This document shows, in pieces, positions 33,006 through 43,857 of a stretch of DNA of 64,000 bases. This stretch comes from Tetramitus jugosus (lineage: Eukaryota; Protista; Heterolobosea). Positions within the stretch are counted from its first letter, which is position 1. Each line of letters starts with the position of its first letter. The stretch is from assembly GCA_937625935.1 (NCBI GenBank), contig OW569384.1, forward strand, positions 62,001 to 126,000, in the 5' to 3' direction. The notes beneath the pieces were generated by a model, which worked only from the letters and a program-made list of their open reading frames with translations, was not told the origin of the DNA and searched no databases. Position numbers and translations under genes: made by a program.

Positions 33006-33429
33006 ATGACTCAAAAAATAATGATTCAATAATTGCTTGTTGGAGATGATTTTTTTTGTTTGTTGCAATTCTTGTGTGAGTTTTCCCGGTACGATTATTT
33101 CGCCGAAATGCTCCGATCGCAATACAACGCATACCGGTGCGGAGAAGAAACAGAATTCTGGGATTCGGTTCCTCGTTGATCAGAAACGTCACAGTCTGCC
33201 GTTTTGTAAGACGAAACAGAAATACAATTCCAATATTTTTGAGAAATGTGTGACAACTAAATTAGCTCAAGGAGTAGAGGTTTATACTGCTCTTGTTATT
33301 CCAGATCAGTCTGGACAAACCGACACCCCTTTTATTGGGAGCTCGTTGTTAGTGTTCCACAACCTCCAGAAAAACAAACCAAATACAACTAACTTTGAAA
33401 CCTCAAACTACATACACCTGCACATAACA

Positions 33430-33798
33430 ATGGTTGAGACAAGAGGATCACATATCAGAGAACATCACAAGTTGGACTTTGTCCTAAATCACGACAACTT
33501 TGAGTTGTTGGATCACCACAGGAACACTAGAGGTGACTTGACCATGGTTTTCATGAACAAGAACACTGGAAAGAAGTTGTCGTTCCCTAACGTGAACCCA
33601 GACCACATTCCAAGAGACTACCTCTCAGGAAAGAGATCCACTGGTCAATATAGAATGCATCATACCTTGGATGAGATTAGAAATGATGCTGACTATGAAG
33701 AGATTGACTCTCATTTGAATGCTTATGGTAACATGACTTATGTTTATGAGAACAAGAAAACTGGTGAAGAAGTTGTTTTCCCTAATGTCAGTATCTAA
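33430..33798 (+). CDS. Small His-rich protein made of two copies of a ~45-aa repeat
   Basis: HHKLDFVLNHDNFELLDHHRNTRGDLTMVFMNKNTGKKLSFPNV versus HHTLDEIRNDADYEEIDSHLNAYGNMTYVYENKKTGEEVVFPNV; ACAATGG start context. Confidence 0.8.
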   Translation: MVETRGSHIREHHKLDFVLNHDNFELLDHHRNTRGDLTMVFMNKNTGKKLSFPNVNPDHIPRDYLSGKRSTGQYRMHHTLDEIRNDADYEEIDSHLNAYGNMTYVYENKKTGEEVVFPNVSI

Positions 33799-33917
33799 GC
33801 AAGAAACCAAAGAGAGAGATTTAAGTGTGTTCCTTGGGTGGTTTGGGCAAACGTTCAAATCAAATGTACATATTTTCTTGGGTGATGACACAATAAATAT
33901 TTCTTGCTTACAAAACT

Positions 33918-34154
33918 TTACAAATCCTTTCTCGGGAATTCCTCTTGATGTGTGTCGAAAGAGTCAGAGGAATGATTGTCATGAGTATCGTCCAGGTCAG
34001 TGAAGCGCTGTTCTCGATCATTCTTCACTTCTTCTTTGTGTGGCCTCAATTTTTGCACCACCTTCTCCTGAAAGTACATTTTGTACAGAGAGTAGAGGCC
34101 AGCAGCTGCTGCCCACGTAAAGGCAAACTTTAGAATCCCTTCTTTCCTTGACAT
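33918..34154 (-). CDS. Small single-TM protein (78 aa)
   Basis: MSRKEGILKFAFTWAAAAGLYSLYKMYF followed by a charged tail. Confidence 0.55.
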   Translation of the reverse strand: MSRKEGILKFAFTWAAAAGLYSLYKMYFQEKVVQKLRPHKEEVKNDREQRFTDLDDTHDNHSSDSFDTHQEEFPRKDL

Positions 34155-34583
34155 CACCGAATGCAAACTACGTTTTCTTGGTTTTTTTGATCTGATCACT
34201 GTTGCTATTTTCTGCTTGGTTCTTTCTGTCTGCTCTTCACCACAAGGCATTCAAAGCAGAATAGCTCTGGACGGCGTGAGGTGTCTATTATGCATTCATA
34301 TGAATAAGAAGTTGAATGTTAACTCAGGTTGCGGCTGTTGAAAAGCCAGAGAGATCTGATATCTGATCCCTTGTTCGTCCCAGTCTCCGAATCTCCGTTT
34401 CAATACAAAAAAAAGACGCCAGTCAACCAAAGTCAACTCGGTCACAATATTTAGAACATTCAACACGACATACAACCAATAGTCAAAGTTTTAGTGCGCA
34501 ATTGGTCACGATCACAATAAAACGGTTTCACATAGACGTACACCCCAACAACGAACATCAATCTACTACTACATTACAATATC

Positions 34584-35791
34584 ATGTCTGCTCAAACCAT
34601 CAGCCCAGCAATGGCTGCCCTCTCATCCGACAACAAACTGTTCCGACATGATGCGTCATCCTCTTCAGACAACAAGAATCTCCTCGATCTACTAAAGTCG
34701 ACCAAAGTGCAAGATTTGGCACAGTCGCAACAGGGAAGCCAAGTGGTGATTCTCAACAAGGATGAAACCATTATTTCAGCTCTCAAGGTATGTCTGACAC
34801 ACCAACCAACACCAGAATTGTATTCCATTTTCAAAAAAGCATGACATACTCATTATCTCACACAATACAATACCATTCTCACCATTTATACTCACACGAA
34901 TTCACTCAATAATTCCCACAACGCTTTTCCTAGAAATTAATGGAGGTAGGAGTAGTTTCTGCACCTGTCGTACACACGGACGAAGACCACAAAGAAGGTG
35001 TCGGACTCATTGACACATTGGACATTATGGCTTACATTGTAGAGCTGTTTAGTGATGCCGAAAACAGACACCACAACCTGTTTGATCGATTACAAGGAGC
35101 TCAACTCGCTTCCATGAAAATTGGCAACATTTCTGATTTTGCTCACAATCCCTATACACCAATTGAGATGAACAAGAGTCTGTACGATGCGTGCAAGCTC
35201 ATGGTCAAAACAAGCTCTCACAGGTGTCCAATTGTTGACAATGACGGTAAAATTGTCAGTGTCCTCACACAGTCGGCGCTCGTTGGCTTCTTGGCCAAGA
35301 ACATGAACGCTACGAGTGAACTGTGCAGAGCACAAGTAGGAGAGTTACACTTGGGCACACGACCCGTGATCACCGTTCCAAAAACAATGAGAGCCATCGA
35401 TGCGTTCAAAGTGATGCACGAACACAAGATTAGTGGTCTGGGAGTGATTGACTCGAGTGGCATACTGATTGGTAACTTGTCTGCGAGAGATTTGAAGCAC
35501 CTTGATGCCAACAATCTTCATTCGTGCATGTACACGAGTGCCAGCAGTTTTATTCAACGAGTGAGAGCCAACATGATCAACATTGCTCATCCTGCCATCT
35601 CGTGCACCGATGAAACAGAATTGGGATTCGTGATTGGTCGACTGGCCACCAACAGAATACATAGACTGTACATTTGTGATAGAGAATTGAGACCAGTGGG
35701 TGTCATTTCACTGAGAGATGTTCTCGGTTGTGTTTTGGACAGGATTGACACCAACACTAACACCAACGAATCTTCTTCTTCTCAATCTTGA
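34584..35791 (+). CDS. Four-CBS-domain protein (AMPK-gamma/SNF4/SDS23-like), intron 34788..34933
   Basis: VVSAPVV...GLIDTLDI, HRCPIVD..GKIVSVLTQSALV, ISGLGVID..G.LIGNLSARDLK, IHRLYICD...PVGVISLRDVL. Confidence 0.9.
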
Positions 35792-35990
35792 GACAAAGTT
35801 TGGTGGTGTAAATGCGGCCGACAACATAACAGTTCAAATAAATTTCATAATCATCATTGTATATTGCAATATGCACGTATTTACAAGATCTCATTTCATC
35901 AATTTTTTGAAGTTTTTTCATCACTTTTTCACACTTGTCAAATCTCATTCCAGATCATCTTTCATCAGACGTCTTCTCTGCTTTGCACAT

Positions 35991-36242
35991 TCACAATTTG
36001 TGTTGTGCATGTTGATTGGCCAATTTCGCTTTCTCAATCGATCGTTTCACTGTTTCTTGCGCTTTCAATCTTTGATCCACGGAAAAATCAGACAGGTGGA
36101 AGTGATCATTGGGAAAGAGAGCATCTGCAACGACACTCACATCTTTTTCAACTTTTTGAACCACAATGGGTGCGATTCTGCGGAATCCAATCACTGGAAG
36201 AACGGTTTTGGTTGCTCGGATCAATAGACTCTGCAATACCAT
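35991..36242 (-). CDS. Small hypothetical protein, possibly mitochondrial
   Basis: 83-aa ORF with ACAAATGG start context and a basic amphipathic N-terminus. Confidence 0.5.
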   Translation of the reverse strand: MVLQSLLIRATKTVLPVIGFRRIAPIVVQKVEKDVSVVADALFPNDHFHLSDFSVDQRLKAQETVKRSIEKAKLANQHAQHKL

Positions 36243-36323
36243 TTGTTGTTGTTGTTGTGTTGGGATTCAAGTTGTGGTTTACTTGTTGTTTTTGTTTTTG
36301 TTATTGTTTTTGTTGTTATTGTT

Positions 36324-37624
36324 TCAAAAGGTGTTTCTCAAGACAACACTTGGTCCTTGCTCGAGGTATTGTTGTCGGGTAATCCACATGTCTTTGAATG
36401 TGGAGAGTGAAGCTAAAATACTGCCACCAATCCAAACAGAGTTCTTTCTGTTTTGAGCAGCCATTAAGCGAATGTGAGTTCTCTCTTGAGTCATTTGATG
36501 CAACTCGTGCAAGATTCTATCTGGGAACTTGTTGAACATGGTGGAACCTCCAGCCAATACGATATCACTGTACATTTGTGGTCTCAGGTCTCGATCTATC
36601 TTTTGGATCGAGTTGAACAGAACTTCGTGAACTCCTTGATACTCGAGACCGATTAACGCTGGTCTGAACAAGATCTCTGGTGCTCTGAATCGTTCAGATC
36701 CCAGAGAAATAGGAGTTCCATCAGGAAGTTTAAACACTCGATCATCTCCAGCTTCTCCTCTCTCGCTCAATTCCAATTCTTTTGAGTAAGAAGTAGCAAC
36801 GTACATGATCGACTCAGATTCCTTGATGGATCTGACCATTTCGAGTTCAGAGCTCGTATCCATATTGAAACCCTTCAACCTTAGTAGTAGTTGAAGATAC
36901 TTTGTCACATCTCTTCCAGCAACGTCCACTCGATTGATTGCATTTGTAATGGCGTATCCATTGTAGATGGGAACTGCATGAGTAACTCCATCTCCACAAT
37001 CCAACACGATACCTGTTGTTTTCAACGTTGCATACAATCCCAACACTGCTTGCATGACACAAAAGAAGAAGGGAACCTCAAACTTCTCAAAGAAAATCTG
37101 GGCAGCTTTCTCTCGGTTTCCCATAGGGTTCAAAGCTGCTTCAGTCAATAAAACTGGATGTTCTTCCTTGTCCACCTGAAGTTGCTTGTAACAATAATCC
37201 CATATATTCTCCATTGCTTCCCAATCTGTCACTACACCATGTTCCATTGGATAGCTGAGTTTCAGTATCCCTCTATGTTCCTCTGCGAAATTTCCGACAA
37301 AATAATCTTGATTACTTCCAGTTTCGTACATTACTTTGGTGTGTTTTGGTCTTCCAACGCTGGAGTTCATTGCTGGTCAGCTCTTGTTGTTCAAGTCAGA
37401 TATCATTAGGGAAACTTTGTTAACAAAACATACAAATTCCGTATAATTTTCTTTGGATTTTCATCTCCTCCAAATCCAATCTTTACCATTCCAGATCCCT
37501 GTTCATTGATTCATTGATTGATATCCATACACAACTCTTTAGTTTGTTGAGGGCCTAGCTAAACCATAAAATGGATAAGTGAATGACTTACATTATCTAT
37601 AACGACTGCATCATTTGTAATCAT
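36324..37624 (-). CDS. ARP1: Actin-related protein 1 (centractin, dynactin), introns 37591..37499 and 37433..37360
   Basis: Spliced VVIDN|GSGMVKIGF...F|VGRPKH; HRGILKLSYPMEHG, EEHPVLLTEA, DVAGRDVT.YLQLLLR..G...TSSELE.VR.IKE (ARP1-type), WIGGSILASL. Confidence 0.88.
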
Positions 37625-37729
37625 TATTCTCTCTCTATCTGCTATGACAGGCGTGTACTATCGATCACTCAATGCGTCCACACTCAAACTGTAAATAATT
37701 CACTGATCTCCTTGGCGGAGTTCACAATT

Positions 37730-37737
37730 TTTCCCGC
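37730..37737 (+). promoter_or_regulatory. E2F-like site TTTCCCGC in the ARP1/RPP30 bidirectional promoter
   Basis: Canonical E2F octamer in a 170-bp divergent intergenic region. Confidence 0.4.
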
Positions 37738-37794
37738 GCTTCATTTCCACACAGCCAAAGAAAAAAAAAGCGTGGAAGAAACAACAACGACCCA

Positions 37795-39008
37795 ATGTTC
37801 ATTGAGACCAACATTCCAATTAATCTCGATCAAATCGATGAGAATCAACTCATCAATACTTGCTTCTTCCTACAAAATTGTATGTGACACCACCACCAAC
37901 AACTTGTTTTTCTTTGACCACTTGATCATCATCACAACAACTAAACAACAACAACAACTTAACGTCTTATTCATCGAACAATGGATCATGTATGTCAATG
38001 TATGGAAACAATATATATATAGTAGGATGGGACGGTGTCGTGTTCAACATGCACATTGGATCACACAACATTGACAAAATGGACTCTTATTTGACTCTTT
38101 TTCCTCTGCTTGTTCAAAAATTGTCTCATCGAGTCTCACTAGGACAAAATTTCAACCATAATAACAATGACAATAATAATAATAATAATAATAGTAGTAA
38201 TAATAATAGTAGTGAACATTTGAACATTTATTTTTCATCGCCTCTTTGCATCAAAAACGCGACTCGCATTCGACCAACAACAACAACAACAACATCATGT
38301 GTGAAATTTCAAATCTTTTCGCGATTGACATTTATTGAAAATTTCAAATCGTTTGCCAGATTGAATTTTGATGAAGAAAAATTTCGTGTCATTGATCTAT
38401 TGTCCATTGTGCCGACCAGTGTTTCTCAGTTGAGAGCACTCGTTCTAAAGTTGAATGTCGATATCATTGGATTGCACTATGATCTTCACAATAACATTTC
38501 GAAAAATCACTTGAATGACTATAGTATCACGAGTGGTGTTCCGTTGAATGATTGGATATCACTGGGCAAGAGTCACAGAGAGATATTAACGACGGGAAAG
38601 CGTCAAATTGTTCAGTTGATGAAGAGACATGTTGGATTGGAGATTTGTTATGGTTATGCGATTCAGACTGAACAAGTCTATAGCAAGTTTATGCACTTGT
38701 TTACGAGTTTGATTCGATTGACCAAGAGTCAGAATATTATCATGGCCAATGGAGTGCACGATCAAACTGTTTTGAGGTCGCCGTATGATGTGTCGAATTT
38801 GGCTCTCATGGTCGGATTGGATCATTCGATTGGAAAGCATTTGATTACGACGCATGTACGAGAAGCGCTCATGCATGCAGAACAGAGATGCACGCTCAAA
38901 GGTATTGTTCATTTGAGTATTCAAGATCATGGACAGTCGGATGTTGCAGCGGAATCTAGCACGACAACTGCCAAGAAGAGACCTTTTAATCAAATGAGAA
39001 ACGAATAA
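37795..39008 (+). CDS. RPP30: RNase P/MRP subunit p30, intron 37880..38022
   Basis: Spliced MFIETNIP...L|GWDGVVFN; RLT, DLLSIVP, VDII, LEICYG, NIIMANG, LRSPYDVSNL. Confidence 0.85.
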
Positions 39009-39056
39009 AATGATGTTGTTGTCTCACGACTTTGTGCTTGACAATATTTATTTCTA

Positions 39057-40298
39057 TTAACGCAAGTGTTCGTTTGAATGGTGGATCTCATCCATGATAC
39101 GGCACAGGAAATGAATGTCTATCGTATTCATTCCTTCTTTCCAGACATCGGCCCAATCAGATCCAGTGAGCATGTTGTTTGTGTGGCTCTTGAAGGTTTC
39201 CAATGTATCCCTATTCCATGTACTCACTTTCTCAACAATACTCACAAGTCCATCCATGATGCACTGCTTATCCTGGTCGCTAATTTCCTTTTCGTATCCA
39301 ACACTGTGTTCAAAGTAGTGACAAATGAGTTTCACCGTTTCACTCTCTTTACCACAGCTTCTGTTTCGCAATACATCTTGAATCACATTCCTCACACGTC
39401 TCAGGTAAATCTCCAGGTTGTCAGGTGCTGTAATGTGACTAATGGATTGATCAATGAGTACTAATTTGACATGATCACCATTATCCTCTGGCTGGCACGA
39501 AAAGAGTATATTACCTGCATTGCCTTCATTGTCCCACATATTACCTGGAATACGATCCCAATTATTTATCAACACATCAAACATGTACATGGCACCGATG
39601 TGACACCACACTGCCTCACTAAGGATTACATTATCAGGCAATCCCTCATCGGCAGTTACAGCATTGGGAACATACTCCATAAGCATGAAGAATGCTCTGT
39701 TCAGTTCCTTCTTTGCCTTCAAAATAATCACTTCATCATTGACAATACGTCTTCCATCGTCTCTATGAGTTATCTTACCGCTCAACAAGTGTTTACAGTG
39801 TCTCCAGTCAGATTTACTCTCAAAATGAGGCATATATTCAATGACGGCCACATGTGGAGTGTGCATACCGAGTTCTCTAGCCAATAAGCTGCAGAATATT
39901 TCTTGACAAATGGTAGATGTTCCCTTCACGACAACATACTGCCCCACGTTCTGTGTTTCAACAAAGAAGACTCCTGCTGTGGCATTGTTACTCAGATGAC
40001 AACCATGACATTGTGACCAACGAATGGGCGGATTGATCTGATCGTATCTATTCAATGGATACAATTGTTCATCTTCAGGCCAGAATCGATATGCAGTTTT
40101 GACTTTCGCCCGGGCAACCAGTTCGTTGGCAGCTGTCTGTAGTTGTTTTTGGCGCCAATTCGATGGTATGCTTGAGGAGAAACTTGGAGGAGGAATAGGC
40201 GGTGAGGGAGACGGAGAAAAGTTGAAGTTGTTTGGGAAACTTGATCTGTGACTGGTTGTTTGCTTTGGTGGAGGTGGTGGAGAATGCACAGAAAACAA
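39057..40298 (-). CDS. Actin-fragmin-kinase-like atypical kinase (start codon unresolved)
   Basis: GVFFV...VVVKG...QEIFCSLLARELG...P, FFMLMEYV, FDVLINNWDRIP, EGNAGNILF, LIDQ. Confidence 0.8.
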   Translation of the reverse strand: MFSVHSPPPPPKQTTSHRSSFPNNFNFSPSPSPPIPPPSFSSSIPSNWRQKQLQTAANELVARAKVKTAYRFWPEDEQLYPLNRYDQINPPIRWSQCHGCHLSNNATAGVFFVETQNVGQYVVVKGTSTICQEIFCSLLARELGMHTPHVAVIEYMPHFESKSDWRHCKHLLSGKITHRDDGRRIVNDEVIILKAKKELNRAFFMLMEYVPNAVTADEGLPDNVILSEAVWCHIGAMYMFDVLINNWDRIPGNMWDNEGNAGNILFSCQPEDNGDHVKLVLIDQSISHITAPDNLEIYLRRVRNVIQDVLRNRSCGKESETVKLICHYFEHSVGYEKEISDQDKQCIMDGLVSIVEKVSTWNRDTLETFKSHTNNMLTGSDWADVWKEGMNTIDIHFLCRIMDEIHHSNEHLR

Positions 40299-40390
40299 TC
40301 AGATTAACAAAATGAAATGTGTGGGAGTTCCAGACAGAGTTCCAAACTCGAACAGAAACAGTTCCGGAACGAACAAGTGCAAAGGCTTTT

Positions 40391-41536
40391 TTAATGTGCA
40401 TGATTTCTTGATGAGTTGTGGCTATTGTTCGCGGCGTGACGATTATATGGATGATTGCGAGCATGTTCTGAACGTGGGTACTTGTGTCGAGCTGGTTGCA
40501 ATGGAGGTTGATGAGTGCTCGATGAGGGTGGTTGTTGTTGCACTGGACGATGTTGAGCAGTGCCCGATGAGGAGGGTGGCGGTTGTAGTTGCACTGGACG
40601 ATGTTGACGAGCGCTCGATGCCTTTGCTTCACGCTCTTTCCTTTCAATTTCATTTTGGTTCTTTGCCAGATCGCCCAATACATTGAAGCAACGAGTGATA
40701 TGATCTTCTTTCAGTATGGGTTGAGTGGGAAGAATCGGGATACCACCCATCTTGTTTCTTAACTCATCATCGGATGTAAGATGATTCTGGAGCTCGTGGC
40801 CTGGGATAGTATCCCTGCCGCCACATGCCAACCATGCAAGAATACCATATGGTACATAGTGAATCTTTTGTTCCTTCAAGCGAATAATGTGACGACATGC
40901 TCGCTCAAAGACATCACTCAATGCTTCAGTCCTCTTGCGCTTTCCAGAGTATGCAGTCCTGTACAAATGATCATTAATGTCGAGTAAGAGTTCCTTATCA
41001 GCGATACTCAACAGGTCTCTCACGGACGATGGCTCTCCTTTCTGCAACAAAACTACGTACATTGGTTCCTCGACACTATTCAAGTCAACTGACACTCTCT
41101 GTGTGACTGATGGAGCAGCTGGTCCAACTGCTTGCTGAGAACGATTATCTTGACCGCTACTACCATGACCATGTGAATCTTGCTCAGCAATTAACCTTCT
41201 TGCTTCTTCATCTCTTTTTAGGCTGTCAAGATATCCACGTACATATTTGGCACAAACTGAAACAAATGCTCTCACATCCTCATGCTCAGAAAGATGGCAG
41301 AAACGATATTCAAGGGCCTGATAAACTTCCTTAAATCGTGTGTTTGGTACCTGTTGAAGGTTTTCTTTAATCTTTTCGTTGTCCCTTTTGTAAAATGTAT
41401 TGAAAGTTTTGTCCGCCGTTTCAGGGCGATATTTTACTCCCACTGGACAACTCGCAACACAAACACTCTTTCCTGTCGTGTAGCACAAAGGACATTCTGG
41501 GGTATCTGGCTGAGCACCTGAGGTTCCACGCGACAT
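40391..41536 (-). CDS. Orphan Cys-motif/PY-NLS family, copy 2 (intact, 381 aa)
   Basis: CPLC-x6-C-x3-C N-terminus, long core shared with copy 1, C-terminal QHRPVQ repeat and RNHPY motif. Confidence 0.8.
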   Translation of the reverse strand: MSRGTSGAQPDTPECPLCYTTGKSVCVASCPVGVKYRPETADKTFNTFYKRDNEKIKENLQQVPNTRFKEVYQALEYRFCHLSEHEDVRAFVSVCAKYVRGYLDSLKRDEEARRLIAEQDSHGHGSSGQDNRSQQAVGPAAPSVTQRVSVDLNSVEEPMYVVLLQKGEPSSVRDLLSIADKELLLDINDHLYRTAYSGKRKRTEALSDVFERACRHIIRLKEQKIHYVPYGILAWLACGGRDTIPGHELQNHLTSDDELRNKMGGIPILPTQPILKEDHITRCFNVLGDLAKNQNEIERKEREAKASSARQHRPVQLQPPPSSSGTAQHRPVQQQPPSSSTHQPPLQPARHKYPRSEHARNHPYNRHAANNSHNSSRNHAH

Positions 41537-41700
41537 GTGTTGTTTATTCTATTGTTCACTTTGTTTTTTTGTTCTTGATTATTTTTTCTTTATTTGTTGT
41601 GTTGGAAAGGATGTGACTCTCCTGCGAATTTTGAGGGGTTATGTTACAACACAGGGCGTAAAATTCTCCTCAGCACCTTGGTTGGACCATCCCATTCCAA

Positions 41701-42132
41701 ATGTTTCGAGATCTGCGTATTTGGAAGTCCAGAAGAGGGATAGTTGTGGACAATGTGATGATAGGCTTTTGTCACGGATTCTCTAACAGTCTGACAGATC
41801 TTGTACATTCTCTGTTGAGTGGTGAGGTAGATGTTGTGTCCGAGACAACGATGTATCCACCTGGTGGTGTCCAGAAGATATGTACTACGACGTAGAAGAT
41901 GGCTGAATACGCAAGTTTTACAATGTACTGCAGGAAAATTTTGATGTCCTTTACAGTTGCAGAAATCAATCAAGAACAATTTGGCAGGGAGATTCAAAGC
42001 TTGTCCGTGTTTAATGGCCCAGTACGTACCTATATCATGATGACACAACCTAAGGAATGGATCAATTTTCCCTCCTTACCACGTCTGGATACATACCGAG
42101 TAACCTACTCCATAGGTACATTCTTCTACTGA
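41701..42132 (+). pseudogene. ORF interrupted by one in-frame TAG (41893-41895)
   Basis: ORFs 41701..41895 and 41899..42132 are in the same frame and lie between two copies of the orphan family. Confidence 0.3.
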
Positions 42133-42262
42133 ACATAAGTGTGTGAAGAAACCTGATGGTTTCAGTTACAAAAAAGAAAGTTTATTGATGACTAGTCAGG
42201 GCTAGAGGTTTGTGAGATAAGGTGCCATGATGGGCTCATGCACAAGGAGCATGAGGATTTAC

Positions 42263-42475
42263 TCACAACCCGGTGACGGTGATTATCTGGGTGATGGCGA
42301 TCTGGACGAGAAGAGTACCTGACTTGAGGGGTTGTTCTTGAAATCGAGGGTTTTGGTGAGTGCTCGATGTGGCTCTTGCAGCTTCACGCTCTTTCCTTTC
42401 ATTTTGTTGTTCTTCTTTGCCAAATCTACCATTACATTGAAGCAATGAGACATGTTTTTCTCTCAATATAGGTTC
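42263..42475 (-). pseudogene. Orphan family copy 3 (3' fragment, frameshifted)
   Basis: GCTTCACGCTCTTTCCTTTCA, TTCTTTGCCA and TACATTGAAGCAA are shared with 40626-40691; encodes PILRE.H...CFNV..DLAK...ERKERE. Confidence 0.8.
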
Positions 42476-42532
42476 TTGGATATCAAAGAATTTATTCTGC
42501 AGAGGACGACTCCTTCGATTGAAAAGTAAAGT

Positions 42533-43657
42533 TTACAACACAGGTTCCTCCAAAATTCTTCCCCAGTAGAACCTCTTTTGCACGCCCCGATCCCAAATCA
42601 CCATACCATACGTCAAATCACTCATCTTGGAAACAGACATTCTCTGCGCGACTGGCATTATACGCGTCTCACCGGAACTCTCCATCAAGTATCCATCACC
42701 CACGTACATCATCACATGTACCATTCTGTATGGACTGTTAACCTTTCCCAAGAACAACAAGTCACCGACAGCAAAGTCATCTGTTGTGTTTCGAGTCACA
42801 TTTCTAGCAATCAAGAATTGATCGTTTGCGTTTCGAGGTAACTCAATAGATAGACCAACCATGTAAGCCATGGAAACGAAGCCAGAGCAGTCAACACCTG
42901 TAAAAAGAGAGTTTGTCATGCCGGCATCGAAGCTCGATCTTCCTCCCCATGCATAAGGCCATCCCATCATCTTGTATCCACTGAGAACGAGTTTTGCGGC
43001 CTTGACGGACAATGGAATCTGTTTAATTTCATTCTGAGACAGGACACGATTGACACGACTTGCCTCGATACGAGCATTCGTAAACTGGCCATTGGCTTGC
43101 ATGATGCGTACAGTGACCCACTGTGGTGGTCCTTGAGCAACAACCTCCAAAATTGTTCCAATACTCAGACTCATTATAATCTTGCCAGTGTTTGCATCGA
43201 CCAACGGCACTGCATTCTCAGCTACAACCACACGCTGCAACGCAAACAACGTAGGACAAGATTGAGAAGCAGGCAACGCTGTTAATTGACTACGATGGAC
43301 ATAACCAGGATATGGATGCAACTTTCCATCACTATAAAAATCAAATGTCAACTGATGAGGAGCCAAAATCTTTACCCAGTCCGGATCATCATTCGCCCCA
43401 TTCGCATTCTTAATACTACTCATCATCTGTTGTGTTGTTGTTGTTTCATTGGTCAAAATGAGGACACATTCCTGGAACAACAATTGAGATTCTTGGTAGG
43501 GATCAGAGTCCTTGTAATTTGGTGGAATCGACATGTCCACTTTTTCGTTTCTCAGATTGACTGCGTACGGTGTGGTAACCACATGGTACTGTTGTTGAGC
43601 AGAAGCTTGCCAAACAATTAGTAACAGGAACAACAGAGAGAAGAATCGCAATATCAT
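42533..43657 (-). CDS. Secreted NlpC/P60 (C40) peptidoglycan peptidase, YkfC/dipeptidyl-peptidase VI-like with SH3b-type N-terminal region
   Basis: Signal peptide MILRFFSLLFLLLIVWQASA; ESQLLFQE...WVKI...YPGYV; GWPYAWGG, GVDCSGFV, LPRNANDQ, GDLLF, HVMMYVGDG. Confidence 0.9.
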   Translation of the reverse strand: MILRFFSLLFLLLIVWQASAQQQYHVVTTPYAVNLRNEKVDMSIPPNYKDSDPYQESQLLFQECVLILTNETTTTQQMMSSIKNANGANDDPDWVKILAPHQLTFDFYSDGKLHPYPGYVHRSQLTALPASQSCPTLFALQRVVVAENAVPLVDANTGKIIMSLSIGTILEVVAQGPPQWVTVRIMQANGQFTNARIEASRVNRVLSQNEIKQIPLSVKAAKLVLSGYKMMGWPYAWGGRSSFDAGMTNSLFTGVDCSGFVSMAYMVGLSIELPRNANDQFLIARNVTRNTTDDFAVGDLLFLGKVNSPYRMVHVMMYVGDGYLMESSGETRIMPVAQRMSVSKMSDLTYGMVIWDRGVQKRFYWGRILEEPVL

Positions 43658-43857
43658 AACTATTGGAAAAGTCGTTTGCACTACTGTGTAAAGTTTGTTG
43701 TTTGTTGTTTGTTTGTTGTGTGGGTGTCGCGACGTGTAAGCTTCCTTTTATGGCGCCGAAAATGTTGCCGCCAAAATCAGAAAAAAACGGAGGAGGAAAA
43801 ACAAAAAAATCAACGAGATTGTGATCAACACACCATTCCGCAATCATTACTTTGACC

